Shown piece by piece: positions 27,236-38,102 of a stretch of DNA of 64,000 nucleotides. The DNA lies in NCBI GenBank assembly GCA_964457905.1, contig CAYWGA010000003.1, forward strand, positions 684 to 64,683, read 5' to 3'. The stretch comes from an uncultured bacterium. Its GTDB lineage: Bacteria; Krumholzibacteriota; Krumholzibacteriia; Krumholzibacteriales; Krumholzibacteriaceae. Below the pieces are notes generated by a model. That model ran no database searches and was not told where the DNA came from. It saw only the letters and a program-made list of their open reading frames with translations. Every line of letters starts with the position of its first letter. Within the stretch, counting starts at the first letter, position 1. The position numbers and the translations under genes are program-made.

Positions 27236-29033
27236 TACACCGACATATCATTTCGGCGAGGAGTGGAAGAGGACCGCGCAGTGCGGAAAGCTCAGGGCCG
27301 GCGACGAGGGGATAGAGGTCACACTGGCCGGCTGGGTCAGGAAGGTGCGCGAGTTCGGCGACCTGACCTTTGTCGACATGTGGGACCGCAGCGGGCTCGT
27401 GCAGCTCGTTGTCGAGGTGGGCGACGAGAAGAATCACGCAATCTTCCGGTCGCTTCGCAACGAGGATGTCATCGCTGTCCGGGGTAAGGTAAGGAAGCGG
27501 CCGGCCGACATGGTCAATTCCGCCATGGGTACAGGCGAGGTAGAGGTGGAGGTCTCAGGCGCGGAGATATTCAACCGGAGCAAGGTGCCTCCCTTCAACG
27601 TGACGGACAAGTCCCAGGCAAGCGACGAGATGAGGCTGAAGTACAGGTATCTCGACCTGCGCCGTGACTCGATGCAGTCGAACCTGAAGATGCGCCATGA
27701 TATCGCCCTCAAGACGAGGGAGTTCCTCTCCGGTGAGGATTTCATCGAGGTCGAGACACCGATGCTCGTAAGGCGGACCCCGGAAGGGGCGAGGGACTAT
27801 ATCGTCCCCAGCAGGCTCCAGCCGGGAAGGTTCTATGCCCTGCCGCAGTCCCCGCAGCTCTACAAACAGATACTGATGGTCTCGGGAGTCGACCGGTATT
27901 TCCAGCTCGCCAGGTGCCTGCGCGACGAGGACCTGCGGGCCGACCGCCAGCCCGAGCACACACAGATAGACATAGAGATGAGTTTTATCTCGGAGAGCGA
28001 TATCTTCCCGCTCGCCGAGAGACTGATGAAAAAGCTGTTCAGCGAGGTGGCCGGGATCGAACTGGAGCCCCCCTTTCCAATCATCGACTACAGCGAGGCG
28101 ATGCTGAAGTACGGCACCGACAAGCCCGACCTGAGATTTGGCCTCGAGATATCAGATTGCTCCGATATCTTCAAGGGGAGCGGATTCTCCGCTTTCGCGT
28201 CGGTGATCGAAAAGAACGGGGCGGTCAGGGGAATATCCTGGCCTGGAGGCGCCGGACAGTCGAAGAGCCAGATCAAGAAACTCGAGAAGCTCGTCAGGGG
28301 CGCGGGGGCCGGAGGGCTCGCAACGATAAACGTCGATGAAAATGGTATCGAGTCCCCGATCGCGAAATTCCTCGGCGAACAGGAGATAAACGCTCTCCTC
28401 GAGAGATTCGGCGTATCCGCATCGTCTCCGTCCCTGATCATGCTTGTAGCTGGGGAGACAGAGGTAGTCGAGAAATCACTAGGAACGCTCAGGACGAATA
28501 TCGGGGCCGGACTCATCGAGGGTGACCGGTCGATGAGGTTCCTCTGGGTCAACCGCTTCCCTCTCTTCATGCCTTCGGGCGATGCGGGATGGGAGCCTGC
28601 TCATCACATATTCTCGATGCCGCTGGAGGAGGACATACCGAAGATCGACACAGATCCGGGAGCCGTCCACGGACATCTCTACGATCTTGTCTGTAACGGC
28701 ACGGAACTCGGTTCCGGCTCGATCAGGATCCACATGCGGGAGCTTCAGGAGAGGCTTTTTGCGGTGATAGGGATAGGCCTGGAAGAGGCAGAGCGCAAGT
28801 TCGGGTTCCTCCTGGAGGCCTTTGAGCTCGGTGCGCCTCCCCACGGGGGACTTGCCATAGGAGTCGACCGGCTGGCCATGATAATGGCCGGAGAGAGCTC
28901 CATAAGGGATTTTATAGCGTTTCCGAAGACGCAGAGCGCCACTTCACTTATGGAAGGGGCGCCTTCGGAGATCGAGGAAGGTATCCTCGAGGAACTGCAT
29001 ATAGAGGTAACGGAAAGGAACGACAGGGAATGA
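27228..29033 (+). CDS. aspS: aspartate--tRNA ligase
   Basis: OB-fold N-terminus (CG.LR ... V.L.GWV), the FYALPQSPQLYKQ and QLARCLRDEDLRADRQPEHTQIDIEMSF motifs, and the C-terminal class II motif 3. Overlaps hisS by 8 nt. Confidence 0.9.
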   Translation: MTDTPTYHFGEEWKRTAQCGKLRAGDEGIEVTLAGWVRKVREFGDLTFVDMWDRSGLVQLVVEVGDEKNHAIFRSLRNEDVIAVRGKVRKRPADMVNSAMGTGEVEVEVSGAEIFNRSKVPPFNVTDKSQASDEMRLKYRYLDLRRDSMQSNLKMRHDIALKTREFLSGEDFIEVETPMLVRRTPEGARDYIVPSRLQPGRFYALPQSPQLYKQILMVSGVDRYFQLARCLRDEDLRADRQPEHTQIDIEMSFISESDIFPLAERLMKKLFSEVAGIELEPPFPIIDYSEAMLKYGTDKPDLRFGLEISDCSDIFKGSGFSAFASVIEKNGAVRGISWPGGAGQSKSQIKKLEKLVRGAGAGGLATINVDENGIESPIAKFLGEQEINALLERFGVSASSPSLIMLVAGETEVVEKSLGTLRTNIGAGLIEGDRSMRFLWVNRFPLFMPSGDAGWEPAHHIFSMPLEEDIPKIDTDPGAVHGHLYDLVCNGTELGSGSIRIHMRELQERLFAVIGIGLEEAERKFGFLLEAFELGAPPHGGLAIGVDRLAMIMAGESSIRDFIAFPKTQSATSLMEGAPSEIEEGILEELHIEVTERNDRE

Positions 29034-29160
29034 CAGGGCATTATCAGGCACAGGTCTTGCACAAACGACGTAAAAGGCTTTTTGCTTGACATGCAGACTG
29101 TACGGCATTAATGTTCCTGTAAGTTGTTATAGTACATAACGACAGGGAGGACAAAAGGTT

Positions 29161-29451
29161 ATGAAATCAGCACGTGGATGGCTGATGTTGACGCTCATGA
29201 TTGGGCTGTTTGCAGGAATTTCTGCCGGTTGCGGACCCGCACCTCCGTGCGATACGAGCCTCGTGACCCTTGACGAGACCCGTCTGGACGCGGAGAGCTA
29301 CGAGCAGGAAGCGGCCGAGACGGGCAAAAGGGTTGCGGACCTGGAGACGAGACTCGCCGCCAAGCGCGGAGATATCGAAGCTATCGAGGACAAGCCCGAA
29401 GAGCTCGAGAAAAAGGTATACGAACTGAAAAAAGGCAGCGGCAGGGAATAG
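29161..29451 (+). CDS. small lipoprotein with coiled coil, hypothetical
   Basis: Lipobox (AGISAGC). A TTGACA-N17-TAATGT promoter-like sequence lies upstream. Confidence 0.45.
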   Translation: MKSARGWLMLTLMIGLFAGISAGCGPAPPCDTSLVTLDETRLDAESYEQEAAETGKRVADLETRLAAKRGDIEAIEDKPEELEKKVYELKKGSGRE

Positions 29452-29464
29452 GCGCTGAACGGAG

Positions 29465-30181
29465 ATGGGAATAATGAACAAAAGATTTTTGATTGCGCTG
29501 GTGTTCATTCCTCTGATCATCGTACTGGCCGCGGGCTGCAGCAGGCACACGCCCAGGGATATCGACATCAGCGAGGGCGAGTACTACGAGGACGAGGAAT
29601 ACCAGAAACTTTCGGAGAAGCAGAGAGAGCAGTACTGCGCTGGTCTGGCGTCGGAGCTAGACACACTCGAGACACGCTCAGAGACGGGCCAGGCCCAGCT
29701 CGAGCAGAACAAGACAGATATCCAGACCCTTACAAAGGATCTGCGGGACTCTGAGAGGGAATACTCGAGACTGCGCAACACCGTCGACGAGCTGACGCTT
29801 CAGCTTCAGGAACTCGTTTCGCTTCCCAAGGAATACAAGCTCATATACGGCGAGTGTCTCTGGACAGTAGCCGGGTACGAGCAGATCTACGGCGACCCTC
29901 TCAAGTGGACGAGACTCTGGAGAGGGAACACCGGTATGATCGAGGATCCTGACTGGGTCCTGGCTGGATGGACACTCCAGGTTCCCAGGCACTGGCCCCG
30001 CAAGCACATGGTCCAGCAGGACGAGTGGCTTGCCAAAATCGCCGGTTACTGGGAAGTATATGACAACTATCGCCAGTGGCCCGTTCTTTTCGAGGCTAAC
30101 CGGGACAGGATCGACGATCCTGACCTGATCTTCGCCGAGCAGGAACTGGTAGTTCCCAGGGAATTTCCTGCTTCGGATTAA
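29465..30181 (+). CDS. lipoprotein with coiled coil and two LysM-like peptidoglycan-binding repeats
   Basis: Lipobox (LAAGC). Two repeats of (Y/W) ... W ... D(P)D(W/L) ... L ... VP resemble LysM-like domains. Confidence 0.5.
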   Translation: MGIMNKRFLIALVFIPLIIVLAAGCSRHTPRDIDISEGEYYEDEEYQKLSEKQREQYCAGLASELDTLETRSETGQAQLEQNKTDIQTLTKDLRDSEREYSRLRNTVDELTLQLQELVSLPKEYKLIYGECLWTVAGYEQIYGDPLKWTRLWRGNTGMIEDPDWVLAGWTLQVPRHWPRKHMVQQDEWLAKIAGYWEVYDNYRQWPVLFEANRDRIDDPDLIFAEQELVVPREFPASD

Positions 30182-30265
30182 GCGAGCCGGTAATACAGAT
30201 CTACCATACAAGACTCTTGGTCCGCGCAGGCGGGTCAGGAGTTTTGTTTTAAAGAGGAACGGTCC

Positions 30266-31276
30266 GTGAAACAGAAATCGAGAAAGAGAGTGCTCTCCCT
30301 GTCAGGCGTTGATGCGCTGAAATTCCTCGGCGTCGGCGACAGGAACCTCGAACTTATCGAGGAGCACTTCGAGCAGGACATAGTCGTTCGCGGCGACGAG
30401 ATCATCATCACCGGCGAGAGCAAGCGGATCGATGAACTGACCTCGGTCCTGCAGACCCTGATCAGCATAGCGGCCGGCGGCCGTGCCGTTACCGAGGGTG
30501 ACGTGATGACCGTGCTTCGCGGAGGCGAGGAAAGTTCGAAGAAGATAGGTTCGCTCGACGATACGGTCGTCTACTACTCCACTTCCAGAAGGAAGAGCAT
30601 CGTCCCGAGAAGCGTCCGGCAGAAGGAATATGTCACCGGTGTTCAAGGTCATGATATCGTGTTCGCGATCGGACCCGCCGGGACGGGCAAGACTTACCTC
30701 GCGGTCGCGATGGCCCTTGCCGCAATCAAGAGCGGGGAGATCGAGAAGATCTTCCTGTCGCGGCCCGTCGTCGAGGCCGGAGAGAACCTCGGATTCCTGC
30801 CCGGGGACCTTCAGGAGAAGATCGATCCTTATATCAGGCCCATATTCGACGCCCTGCATGATATGATCGGACGGGAAAAGACCCAGAGAATGATCGACAC
30901 CGGTGTTCTCGAGATAGCGCCCCTGGCCTATATGCGTGGAAGAACGCTGAACGACGCTTTTGCCGTCCTTGATGAGGCGCAAAACAGTACGATAGGCCAG
31001 ATGAAAATGTTCCTTACGAGACTCGGTGTAAACTCGAAGGCGATCGTGACAGGCGACGTTACCCAGATCGACCTGGCCGACCCGGCGAAATCGGGGCTCG
31101 TGGCAGTTTCCGATATCCTTGACGGGGTGGAGGGTATAAAATTCGTATGGTTCGGTGAGGAAGATGTGGTGAGGCACAGACTGGTGAAGAAGATCATAAA
31201 GGCCTTCAGCCGGATCAAGCCGGCAGTCGGCCCCGGGTCCGGCGGCAAAGGTGAACCGGAGGCTTCCGATGAATGA
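30266..31276 (+). CDS. PhoH family ATPase (PhoH/YbeZ)
   Basis: GPAGTGKTYLAV Walker A and a conserved PhoH core. GTG start with AGAGGA RBS. Confidence 0.85.
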   Translation: MKQKSRKRVLSLSGVDALKFLGVGDRNLELIEEHFEQDIVVRGDEIIITGESKRIDELTSVLQTLISIAAGGRAVTEGDVMTVLRGGEESSKKIGSLDDTVVYYSTSRRKSIVPRSVRQKEYVTGVQGHDIVFAIGPAGTGKTYLAVAMALAAIKSGEIEKIFLSRPVVEAGENLGFLPGDLQEKIDPYIRPIFDALHDMIGREKTQRMIDTGVLEIAPLAYMRGRTLNDAFAVLDEAQNSTIGQMKMFLTRLGVNSKAIVTGDVTQIDLADPAKSGLVAVSDILDGVEGIKFVWFGEEDVVRHRLVKKIIKAFSRIKPAVGPGSGGKGEPEASDE

Positions 31277-33569
31277 CCAGCCGACAAACGGAGAAAACGG
31301 TAGTCCTATTGATGGATTGCGCAAGTGGTTCTCCGCTCTGCGTCCCGGTACGTGGAAGGACGACAACCGTCTGCTCCCCGCGATCTATATCGTGATCTTC
31401 GTCATCCTTTCGGTCCTCCTTTTCCCGCCTACCAAGAAGACCAGGGAAGTGGCATTCGCAGAGGGCCAGATCGCCGACGTCGACGTGATCGCTCCGCTCG
31501 ATATCGCTGTTCCGCTGAGTGGACAGGAGGTCGAGATCAACAGGGCGAGAGCCGCTGTCAGCGTCCCGCCCGTATACAGGATGAGGGCAGAGGTGCTCGA
31601 ACACCTGCCCGGTGACCTGACCGTCCTGATGGAGAGGATCAAGGAAGTCGCCCTGGCCGATACGATCCCTCCTGAAGAACGCGCGGAGATGATGAAGGAG
31701 ATGGTCCCGGCGCTGGAGAGAGAGCCGGTTGAACTGCTCCTGATCAGGGATACCCGAAAGAAGATCCTCAATGACGGGCTCGCCGTCCAGAGACAACTCC
31801 TGGAACGCGGGATCATTAATGACGCTTCTCCGTTGAGACGGAGGGACTATCCGCACATCTCGCTGATCGACGGCGAATCGGAGAGTCTCAAGCCGGCGAA
31901 CGGCCTGCTCGAACAGGGTCAGCTCGAAGCTGTGATACTGGGCAGGGCGGAACGTGTCTTCCCCGGCAGCGACGATGCGCAGCAGCTCTTTTACGCGATA
32001 GTCCGTTCGCATCTCGTTCCCAACATGATCTACGATTCCGATGAGACGATGCGGCGCAGGGATGCGGCGATGGCCGAGGTCAAGGATGTTTACGAGGTCT
32101 CCAAGAACCAGAGGATCATCGCGAAACATGACAAGGTGACGAAGAAACAGGTAGTAGAGCTCGAGGCTCTCGAGGAATACCTGACGCAGGAGGAACTCAA
32201 GACATCCCCGGCAAAGAGGATACTGCTCTTTATCGGCAAGATAGTTCGGATACTCCTTCTTATCGCGCTCTTTGTCGCGGCACTTTACCGGTTCGACCGT
32301 TCCCTCGTCAGGGAGATGGAGAAGGTAACCCTGACATTCATGATACTTCTGTTCTACCTGCTGATGACGGCGCTTGTGGTCAGGCTGCCCTTCCTCAGTA
32401 CATACCTTATACCGGTCGCATTCGTGTCGCTTGTGGCGACGGCCTTCTTCGGTTCGATGACAGCGCTTATATTCACCCTGTTCGCGTCGCTCCTGCTGAT
32501 AACTCACGCCGAACTTCCCGGAAGCCTGGTTTTCGTATCGATACTGGCCGGCTCGGCGGCGATATACAGTATCGCCCATCTTCGTGAAAGACGTAATTTC
32601 TACACGATATTCCTCTATGTCTCTCTCGCGTATATCACCGGGATCTCGAGTTTCGGGGTCTCCGGCGCGTTCGGCCTCAGCGAGTTCCTTCTCGGTTCCC
32701 TGTGGGGGATCGCCAACGCCTTCGCCTGTACAATACTTGTGATGTTCCTCATGCCTATCTTCGAGTCGCTGTTCAGCGTGACCACGAACTTCACCCTGAT
32801 GGAACTGAGCGATCTCAACAGGCCTCTCCTCAAGAGACTTATTATCGAGGCGCCCGGGACATACCATCATTCACTGATGGTAGGCAACATGGTCGAGGCT
32901 GTGGCCGAGGACGTCAAGGCGAACGGACTGCTCGCAAGGGTGTCTGCTTACTATCACGACATCGGAAAACTCGCCAAGCCGGAGTACTTCTTCGAGAACA
33001 AGGGCGAGAACTTCAACAAGCATGAGAAGCTCGCTCCCACGATGTCGGCGCTGATACTCGCGTCGCACGTAAAGGAAGGGATCGACCTCGCGAAGAAGGA
33101 AAAGATGCCGAAGGTAGTGATGGACGGTATCCGCGAACATCACGGAACGACTGTCATGGCCTTTTTCTACAACAAGGCACTGGAGTACGACTCTCACGAC
33201 AGTGTGAATGTCGACGATTTCAGATATCCGGGCCCCAGGCCCCAGTCGAAGGAGACCGCTTTGATCATGCTCGCCGATTCGTGTGAGGCGGCGGTCAGGT
33301 CGCTCAAGGAACCCACGGCGCCGAGGATAAGGGCGCTTGTGTCAAAGATCTTCGCGACGAGGATGGGTGACGGGGAACTGGATAACAGCGGATTGACCCT
33401 TAACGACATCGCGGTGATAAGAGAGAAGTTCATTCAATTCCTCACCGGTATCTTCCATCCGCGGGTTCAGTATCCCTCGCGTGATAATCCGGACGGGGAG
33501 GAGGAGCGCGGCGTTGAGGATAACGGCAGGCAGCAACAGTCCGTCGGTGACAGGAAAAAGAGAGTTTGA
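31251..33569 (+). CDS. 7TM receptor with intracellular HD-GYP-type (HDIG) hydrolase domain, PgpH/YqfF-like (putative c-di-AMP phosphodiesterase). Alternative start at 31269.
   Basis: Multiple TM helices, then an HD domain (YHDIGK ... HH). The position between phoH and ybeY is conserved. Confidence 0.75.
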   Translation: MNRRLPMNDQPTNGENGSPIDGLRKWFSALRPGTWKDDNRLLPAIYIVIFVILSVLLFPPTKKTREVAFAEGQIADVDVIAPLDIAVPLSGQEVEINRARAAVSVPPVYRMRAEVLEHLPGDLTVLMERIKEVALADTIPPEERAEMMKEMVPALEREPVELLLIRDTRKKILNDGLAVQRQLLERGIINDASPLRRRDYPHISLIDGESESLKPANGLLEQGQLEAVILGRAERVFPGSDDAQQLFYAIVRSHLVPNMIYDSDETMRRRDAAMAEVKDVYEVSKNQRIIAKHDKVTKKQVVELEALEEYLTQEELKTSPAKRILLFIGKIVRILLLIALFVAALYRFDRSLVREMEKVTLTFMILLFYLLMTALVVRLPFLSTYLIPVAFVSLVATAFFGSMTALIFTLFASLLLITHAELPGSLVFVSILAGSAAIYSIAHLRERRNFYTIFLYVSLAYITGISSFGVSGAFGLSEFLLGSLWGIANAFACTILVMFLMPIFESLFSVTTNFTLMELSDLNRPLLKRLIIEAPGTYHHSLMVGNMVEAVAEDVKANGLLARVSAYYHDIGKLAKPEYFFENKGENFNKHEKLAPTMSALILASHVKEGIDLAKKEKMPKVVMDGIREHHGTTVMAFFYNKALEYDSHDSVNVDDFRYPGPRPQSKETALIMLADSCEAAVRSLKEPTAPRIRALVSKIFATRMGDGELDNSGLTLNDIAVIREKFIQFLTGIFHPRVQYPSRDNPDGEEERGVEDNGRQQQSVGDRKKRV

Positions 33570-33585
33570 CCGTGCGGCCGCATCG

Positions 33586-33990
33586 ATGGAGACGCTCGGC
33601 TCGAGGGGCGCCGGCAGCCGTCAGGTCGATGTCACCCTCATAGGCGCACGGCGCATGGCCCTGCTCAACCGGGAATACAAGGGCAGGCGGGGCACCACGG
33701 AGATACTTACCTTCGTCTACGATGACGTTTTATCCCCCGGAGACGAGGATGCAGCTGGTGAGATTCTGATCTGCTGGAAGAAGCTCGCAGCGTCAGCCGC
33801 GAGGCTCGGCGTCTCGAAGAGAGCTTACCTGCTCAGGCTCGTAGCTCACGGACTCTCCCACATCGAGGGATTCTCTCACGGTGATGACGTAAAGGCTGAG
33901 TTGATGGAAAAGCGTGAGATCGAGATCCTCGAAGGAATGGTCCCGGTGAGGGATATGAAAAGGATGTTCGGCGGGCAGACAGAGAAATAA
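33586..33990 (+). CDS. ybeY: rRNA maturation endoribonuclease YbeY
   Basis: H-x-x-x-H-x5-H zinc motif (HGLSHIEGFSHGDD). The start is chosen at the first ATG after the PgpH stop; the ORF track's longer form overlaps PgpH. Confidence 0.75.
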   Translation: METLGSRGAGSRQVDVTLIGARRMALLNREYKGRRGTTEILTFVYDDVLSPGDEDAAGEILICWKKLAASAARLGVSKRAYLLRLVAHGLSHIEGFSHGDDVKAELMEKREIEILEGMVPVRDMKRMFGGQTEK

Positions 33991-35252
33991 TGCAGCCACT
34001 CATTTTATATACGATCACGTTTATGCTCCTGGCATTAGCCCAGTTCCTTACAGCTGGCGGGTTCACGGCCTTCACTAAGGTCTCCCGCATGAGCGAGGAC
34101 AGGGTCTTTCCCAGGGGGGCCGGCTCCAACAACTGTCCGAGGATGATCCATCGCGGACGTCTTCATGCGGCGATAATACTGATCGCTGTACAGATAATTC
34201 TGATCATCACCCTTTCCCGCGTCCTGCCCGCCGAAGCGGGCGCAATACTCGAATGGTCAGCGGGAAAACATTACCTCGCGGTGGCGGCTGTGCCGGCAGC
34301 GGGCGTGATCCTGATGGTGATAGCCGCTCTGGCCGGTATCGGTCTTGCGGTAAGGCATCCGGCAGGGATGGCAAGACTCGTATCGTACCCGTTCTGTCCG
34401 GTCTATCTGCTGCTTCGGCCCTTTTCCAGCCTGCTTCTGAGGATCATATCTCTCGTCTTCCCCGATCTGCCCGGTGAGCTTGCCTCGCCGTTCATGCTTA
34501 TCCATCATCCCGAGGAGCCTGGTGAGGGCTTTATCGAGGAGAACGGCAGCCGGCTCGTGCACAGTATCGTCGAGTTCGGGGAGAAGAAGGTGCGCGAGGT
34601 AATGGTGCCGAGGATAGATGTCTTCGCCATAGAGAGCGGGATGACGATGACAGAGGTACGCGAACTGCTCGCCGGCGCGGGACACTCGCGAGTGCCGGTC
34701 TACGACGGGAGTATCGACAGGATCGTCGGCATGCTTTACGTCAAGGATCTCGTTCCGGTAGCTGACGGTGAAGAGGACAGGGGGATCGAGCATCTGACGA
34801 GGGAACCTTATTTCGTTCCGGAAGGCAAGAAGATCGATGACCTTCTCAAGGAATTCCAGATCAAGAAGATGCATATGGCGATAGTCGTCGATGAATATGG
34901 AGGGACATCCGGCATAGTCACGCTCGAGGATATCCTCGAGGAGATCGTCGGTGAGATAAGGGACGAGTTCGATCACGAGGCGCCTCTTGTCAGGAAGGCC
35001 GGCGAAGGAAGGTATGTAGTAGAGGGCAGGACCTCCCTGGACGACCTCAGTGAGGTGCTCGGAAGGGAACTGGTCTCGGAGGACGTCGACACGCTCGGAG
35101 GATTCCTGTACAATATCTTGGGCAGGGTGCCGGAAGAGGGAGAGGAGTTCGATTACGAAGGGATGACCTTCCGGATCGAACGGCTCGAAGGACAGAGAAT
35201 AGCTGAAGTCGTGCTGACCCTTGCGGGAGCGGACAGGGAAGGGAAGGAATAG
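33990..35252 (+). CDS. HlyC/CorC (CNNM) family transporter: DUF21 + CBS pair + CorC_HlyC
   Basis: N-terminal DUF21 TM domain, two CBS domains, and a C-terminal transporter-associated domain. The start overlaps the ybeY stop (TAATG). Confidence 0.8.
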   Translation: MQPLILYTITFMLLALAQFLTAGGFTAFTKVSRMSEDRVFPRGAGSNNCPRMIHRGRLHAAIILIAVQIILIITLSRVLPAEAGAILEWSAGKHYLAVAAVPAAGVILMVIAALAGIGLAVRHPAGMARLVSYPFCPVYLLLRPFSSLLLRIISLVFPDLPGELASPFMLIHHPEEPGEGFIEENGSRLVHSIVEFGEKKVREVMVPRIDVFAIESGMTMTEVRELLAGAGHSRVPVYDGSIDRIVGMLYVKDLVPVADGEEDRGIEHLTREPYFVPEGKKIDDLLKEFQIKKMHMAIVVDEYGGTSGIVTLEDILEEIVGEIRDEFDHEAPLVRKAGEGRYVVEGRTSLDDLSEVLGRELVSEDVDTLGGFLYNILGRVPEEGEEFDYEGMTFRIERLEGQRIAEVVLTLAGADREGKE

Positions 35253-35256
35253 AAAG

Positions 35257-35886
35257 ATGTTTGTCTGGTTGAGGAGAAAATTCATAACGGGAGTGATTAT
35301 CCTTCTTCCTACCATACTGACGGGCTGGATACTTTTCCGCCTGTTCCGATCGGTCGACAGCATTCTCAGGCCGGTCGTCACTAAATATCCTTTTCTTGAT
35401 CTGCCTGGCCTGGGTTTCTTCGCAGTCATTCTGATCCTTCTGCTGGTAGGGATATTCGCGGGTAACTTCATCGGGCGGCGTATCATTCTCTGGGTAGAGA
35501 AGGGGATCAACCAGATCCCGCTGGTCAGCTGGATGTATAAAGCGTTCAAACAGATGAGCGAGGTATTCCTGCATGAGAGGAGGACCGCGTTTCGAAGGGC
35601 GATTGTCCTAGAATATCCACGCAGAGGGGTATATGCGGTAGGATTTGTTACATCGACCTGGAACTACAGCGATTCCGGCGGTGCTGACAGGGTCTTTTTA
35701 AATGTCTTTCTCCCCACGACCCCCATACCGACCTCGGGCCTCTTTCTCATGATACCCGAGGAGGATACTATCCCGATGGACTGTTCCGTCGACGAAGCCT
35801 TGAAGATGGTAATATCAGGCGGCGCCATCGTCACCACCATACCTGCCATACCTGCGCCGGACGGAGAAGGCCCCGAACACGAATAA
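35257..35886 (+). CDS. DUF502 family membrane protein
   Basis: Two N-terminal TM helices and a DUF502-like core. The start is set at the ATG just after the CorC stop. Confidence 0.55.
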   Translation: MFVWLRRKFITGVIILLPTILTGWILFRLFRSVDSILRPVVTKYPFLDLPGLGFFAVILILLLVGIFAGNFIGRRIILWVEKGINQIPLVSWMYKAFKQMSEVFLHERRTAFRRAIVLEYPRRGVYAVGFVTSTWNYSDSGGADRVFLNVFLPTTPIPTSGLFLMIPEEDTIPMDCSVDEALKMVISGGAIVTTIPAIPAPDGEGPEHE

Positions 35887-35969
35887 ATCCTTGACTGTAG
35901 ACCATTTCCACTTCATTCTGTTCACCTGCTGATGGAGCCCGTTACACGGGATCAAGTGCTGAAGTAAGG

Positions 35970-37334
35970 ATGAATATGGACGAGAATCTCGATCTCAAGG
36001 TCGATTTGATCAGGGAGATATTCGAATCGGGGAACCTGACCAGGTTCGCCGGAGCTCTCGAGGGTATGCGTGCGCCCGACGCGGCCGAAGTGCTGATGGC
36101 CCTGTCCGACGAGATCCATGTCCCTCTCTTCAAGTCGATGGGCCAGGATATGGCCAGCGAGGTCCTTACCCTCGTAGACGAGGGGATCGCCCGCGAGATA
36201 CTCAAGCTCCTCACGATAGACGAGATCGTTCCTCTTATCGACCTGATGGCGAGCGATGACGCCACCGATATTATAAATCTCCTCAATTCCGATACCGCCG
36301 GAGCGGTGCTGCGCCGGATCAGCCGCGAGGATTACGAGGATGTCTCCGAGCTCCTCAAGTTCGACGAGGAGTCGGCGGGAGGACTGATGGCGAGGGAGCT
36401 CGTCACGGTCCGGGCGGGCAAATCGATATCCGATGTGATATCCACGATCCGCAGCGAGCTCGACAGTATCGAGCACATCCAGTACATATATGTCGTCGAC
36501 AGCGAGGGAGTCCTTCTCGGTACTATCCCCGTGATCAACCTGCTTGTCACCGACCCCGCCAAGAAGGTCGAAGAGGTCATGGAGCGAGATGTCCTGACGG
36601 TGACCGCCGATACCGACCAGGAAGAGGTCGCGGCGATGTTCTCCAAGTACGATCTTTATTCGATGCCGGTCGTCGATGAGAACGGCAGGCTCGCCGGCCG
36701 CATCACTGTCGATGACATCATCGACGTCATAGAGGAAGAAGCGACCGAGGATATCACGATGATGGCCGGTACGGGAGAAGAGGAGTTCTACGAGAGGTCG
36801 CCGGTGAAACTTTCCAGGGCGAGGCTGCCCTGGCTCCTGACGGGACTTCTCGGCGGGATCGCGTCCGCCGTGATAATGAACAGCTTCAAGGAATCACTCG
36901 AATCGGTCCTGACGCTCGCTTTCTTTGTCCCCGTCATCATGGCGATGGGCGGGAACGTCGGAATCCAGTCATCGGCGATCGTAGTCAGGGAACTGGCCCT
37001 CGGCGGGCTGAGTGTCTCCCAGACGGGGGGGAAGCTGCTTCGCGAACTGAAGGTCTCGATAATCAACGGTCTCGTAATCGGCATTGTTCTGCTCATAGCG
37101 GTGACTATATGGCAGCAGGACTACAGGCTCGGCCTTCTGCTCGGGATCTGCATGTTCATCATCATACTCTGGGCTACGGTCATGGGCGCCTTCATCCCGC
37201 TGATGCTCAAGAAAGCCAATATCGATCCGGCGCTCGCAACCGGCCCTTTCATCACGACATTCAATGATATTCTCGGAATAGCCATTTATCTCGGCGTAGC
37301 CACTCTTTTCCTCGAATGGCTGGGGAAGGTCTGA
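35970..37334 (+). CDS. mgtE: magnesium transporter MgtE
   Basis: MgtE N-domain, two CBS domains, and a C-terminal 5-TM MgtE channel domain. Confidence 0.85.
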   Translation: MNMDENLDLKVDLIREIFESGNLTRFAGALEGMRAPDAAEVLMALSDEIHVPLFKSMGQDMASEVLTLVDEGIAREILKLLTIDEIVPLIDLMASDDATDIINLLNSDTAGAVLRRISREDYEDVSELLKFDEESAGGLMARELVTVRAGKSISDVISTIRSELDSIEHIQYIYVVDSEGVLLGTIPVINLLVTDPAKKVEEVMERDVLTVTADTDQEEVAAMFSKYDLYSMPVVDENGRLAGRITVDDIIDVIEEEATEDITMMAGTGEEEFYERSPVKLSRARLPWLLTGLLGGIASAVIMNSFKESLESVLTLAFFVPVIMAMGGNVGIQSSAIVVRELALGGLSVSQTGGKLLRELKVSIINGLVIGIVLLIAVTIWQQDYRLGLLLGICMFIIILWATVMGAFIPLMLKKANIDPALATGPFITTFNDILGIAIYLGVATLFLEWLGKV

Positions 37335-37352
37335 CGGACGGGATGGTGAGAG

Positions 37353-38102
37353 GTGAGCGGTATCCTCAAGGACAGGGCCGTCATTCTGAAAACATGGGAG
37401 TATGGTGAGACAAGCCTGATAGTCTCTGCTCTTACACGAGCAGGGGGGAAGGCTAATTTTCTCGCCAAGGGGGCGAAACGGACAAAAAGCCCGATGCATG
37501 GAAGGTTCCGGACGGGTAATGTCGGCGATATCGTATATTACGACAAGCCGGGAAGAGCGCTGAAGCTGATAAAGGAATTCTCCGCCGGCCCCCTGTTCGA
37601 TTCGATGGAAGCCGGGTTTGAGTGTCTCTGTATATTCCAGGCCGGACTCGAACTCGCCGGCAGGGCTTCTGCGGGAGACGAACAGGAAGGCGCGGTGTTC
37701 GATCTGGTCGAGGCTTTCATCGCGAGCCTCACAGGGGGCGATGACCCGTGGGCGGCCTTCTTCGTTCTCGAGACGACGCTGCTCGCCGCTTCGGGGCTCA
37801 TGCCGGAGATCGAACTGTGCGACCGTTGTAAAAAAGAACTTGCGGGATGCGGGTTTTCTGTAAATCCTACGAGTGGCGCCGTCGAGTGCGGCGGCTGCAC
37901 GACGGGCGAGGGAACACTTTCGCCGGAGTCGTGCGCTTTGCTCGAGAGGATGACGTCGGCGGGATTCGCCGGTCTCAGTGAACTTAAGGTTAATGCCGAG
38001 GCCCGCAGGGAGATCGGCACACTTCTTCATCGGATGTTGATGCACCACATGGACGGATACAGGCTTCCCGGTTCACTCGGGATGCTGAAAGGAGCAGGTT
38101 GA
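37353..38102 (+). CDS. recO: DNA repair protein RecO
   Basis: N-terminal OB fold ([19 protein letters not shown]) and a C-terminal Cys4 zinc finger (CDRC ... CGGC). Confidence 0.8.
   Translation: MSGILKDRAVILKTWEYGETSLIVSALTRAGGKANFLAKGAKRTKSPMHGRFRTGNVGDIVYYDKPGRALKLIKEFSAGPLFDSMEAGFECLCIFQAGLELAGRASAGDEQEGAVFDLVEAFIASLTGGDDPWAAFFVLETTLLAASGLMPEIELCDRCKKELAGCGFSVNPTSGAVECGGCTTGEGTLSPESCALLERMTSAGFAGLSELKVNAEARREIGTLLHRMLMHHMDGYRLPGSLGMLKGAG

Noticed and set aside
31215-32870. 551-aa minus-strand ORF and similar long antisense ORFs (30302-31366, 34257-35549, 36969-38048, 1554-2423, 25835-26776)
   Set aside because: All are embedded antisense in confidently identified + strand genes (PhoH, PgpH, CorC, MgtE/RecO, bactofilin-like, HisS). 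Their translations are Arg/Pro-rich low-complexity sequence typical of GC-rich non-coding frames.
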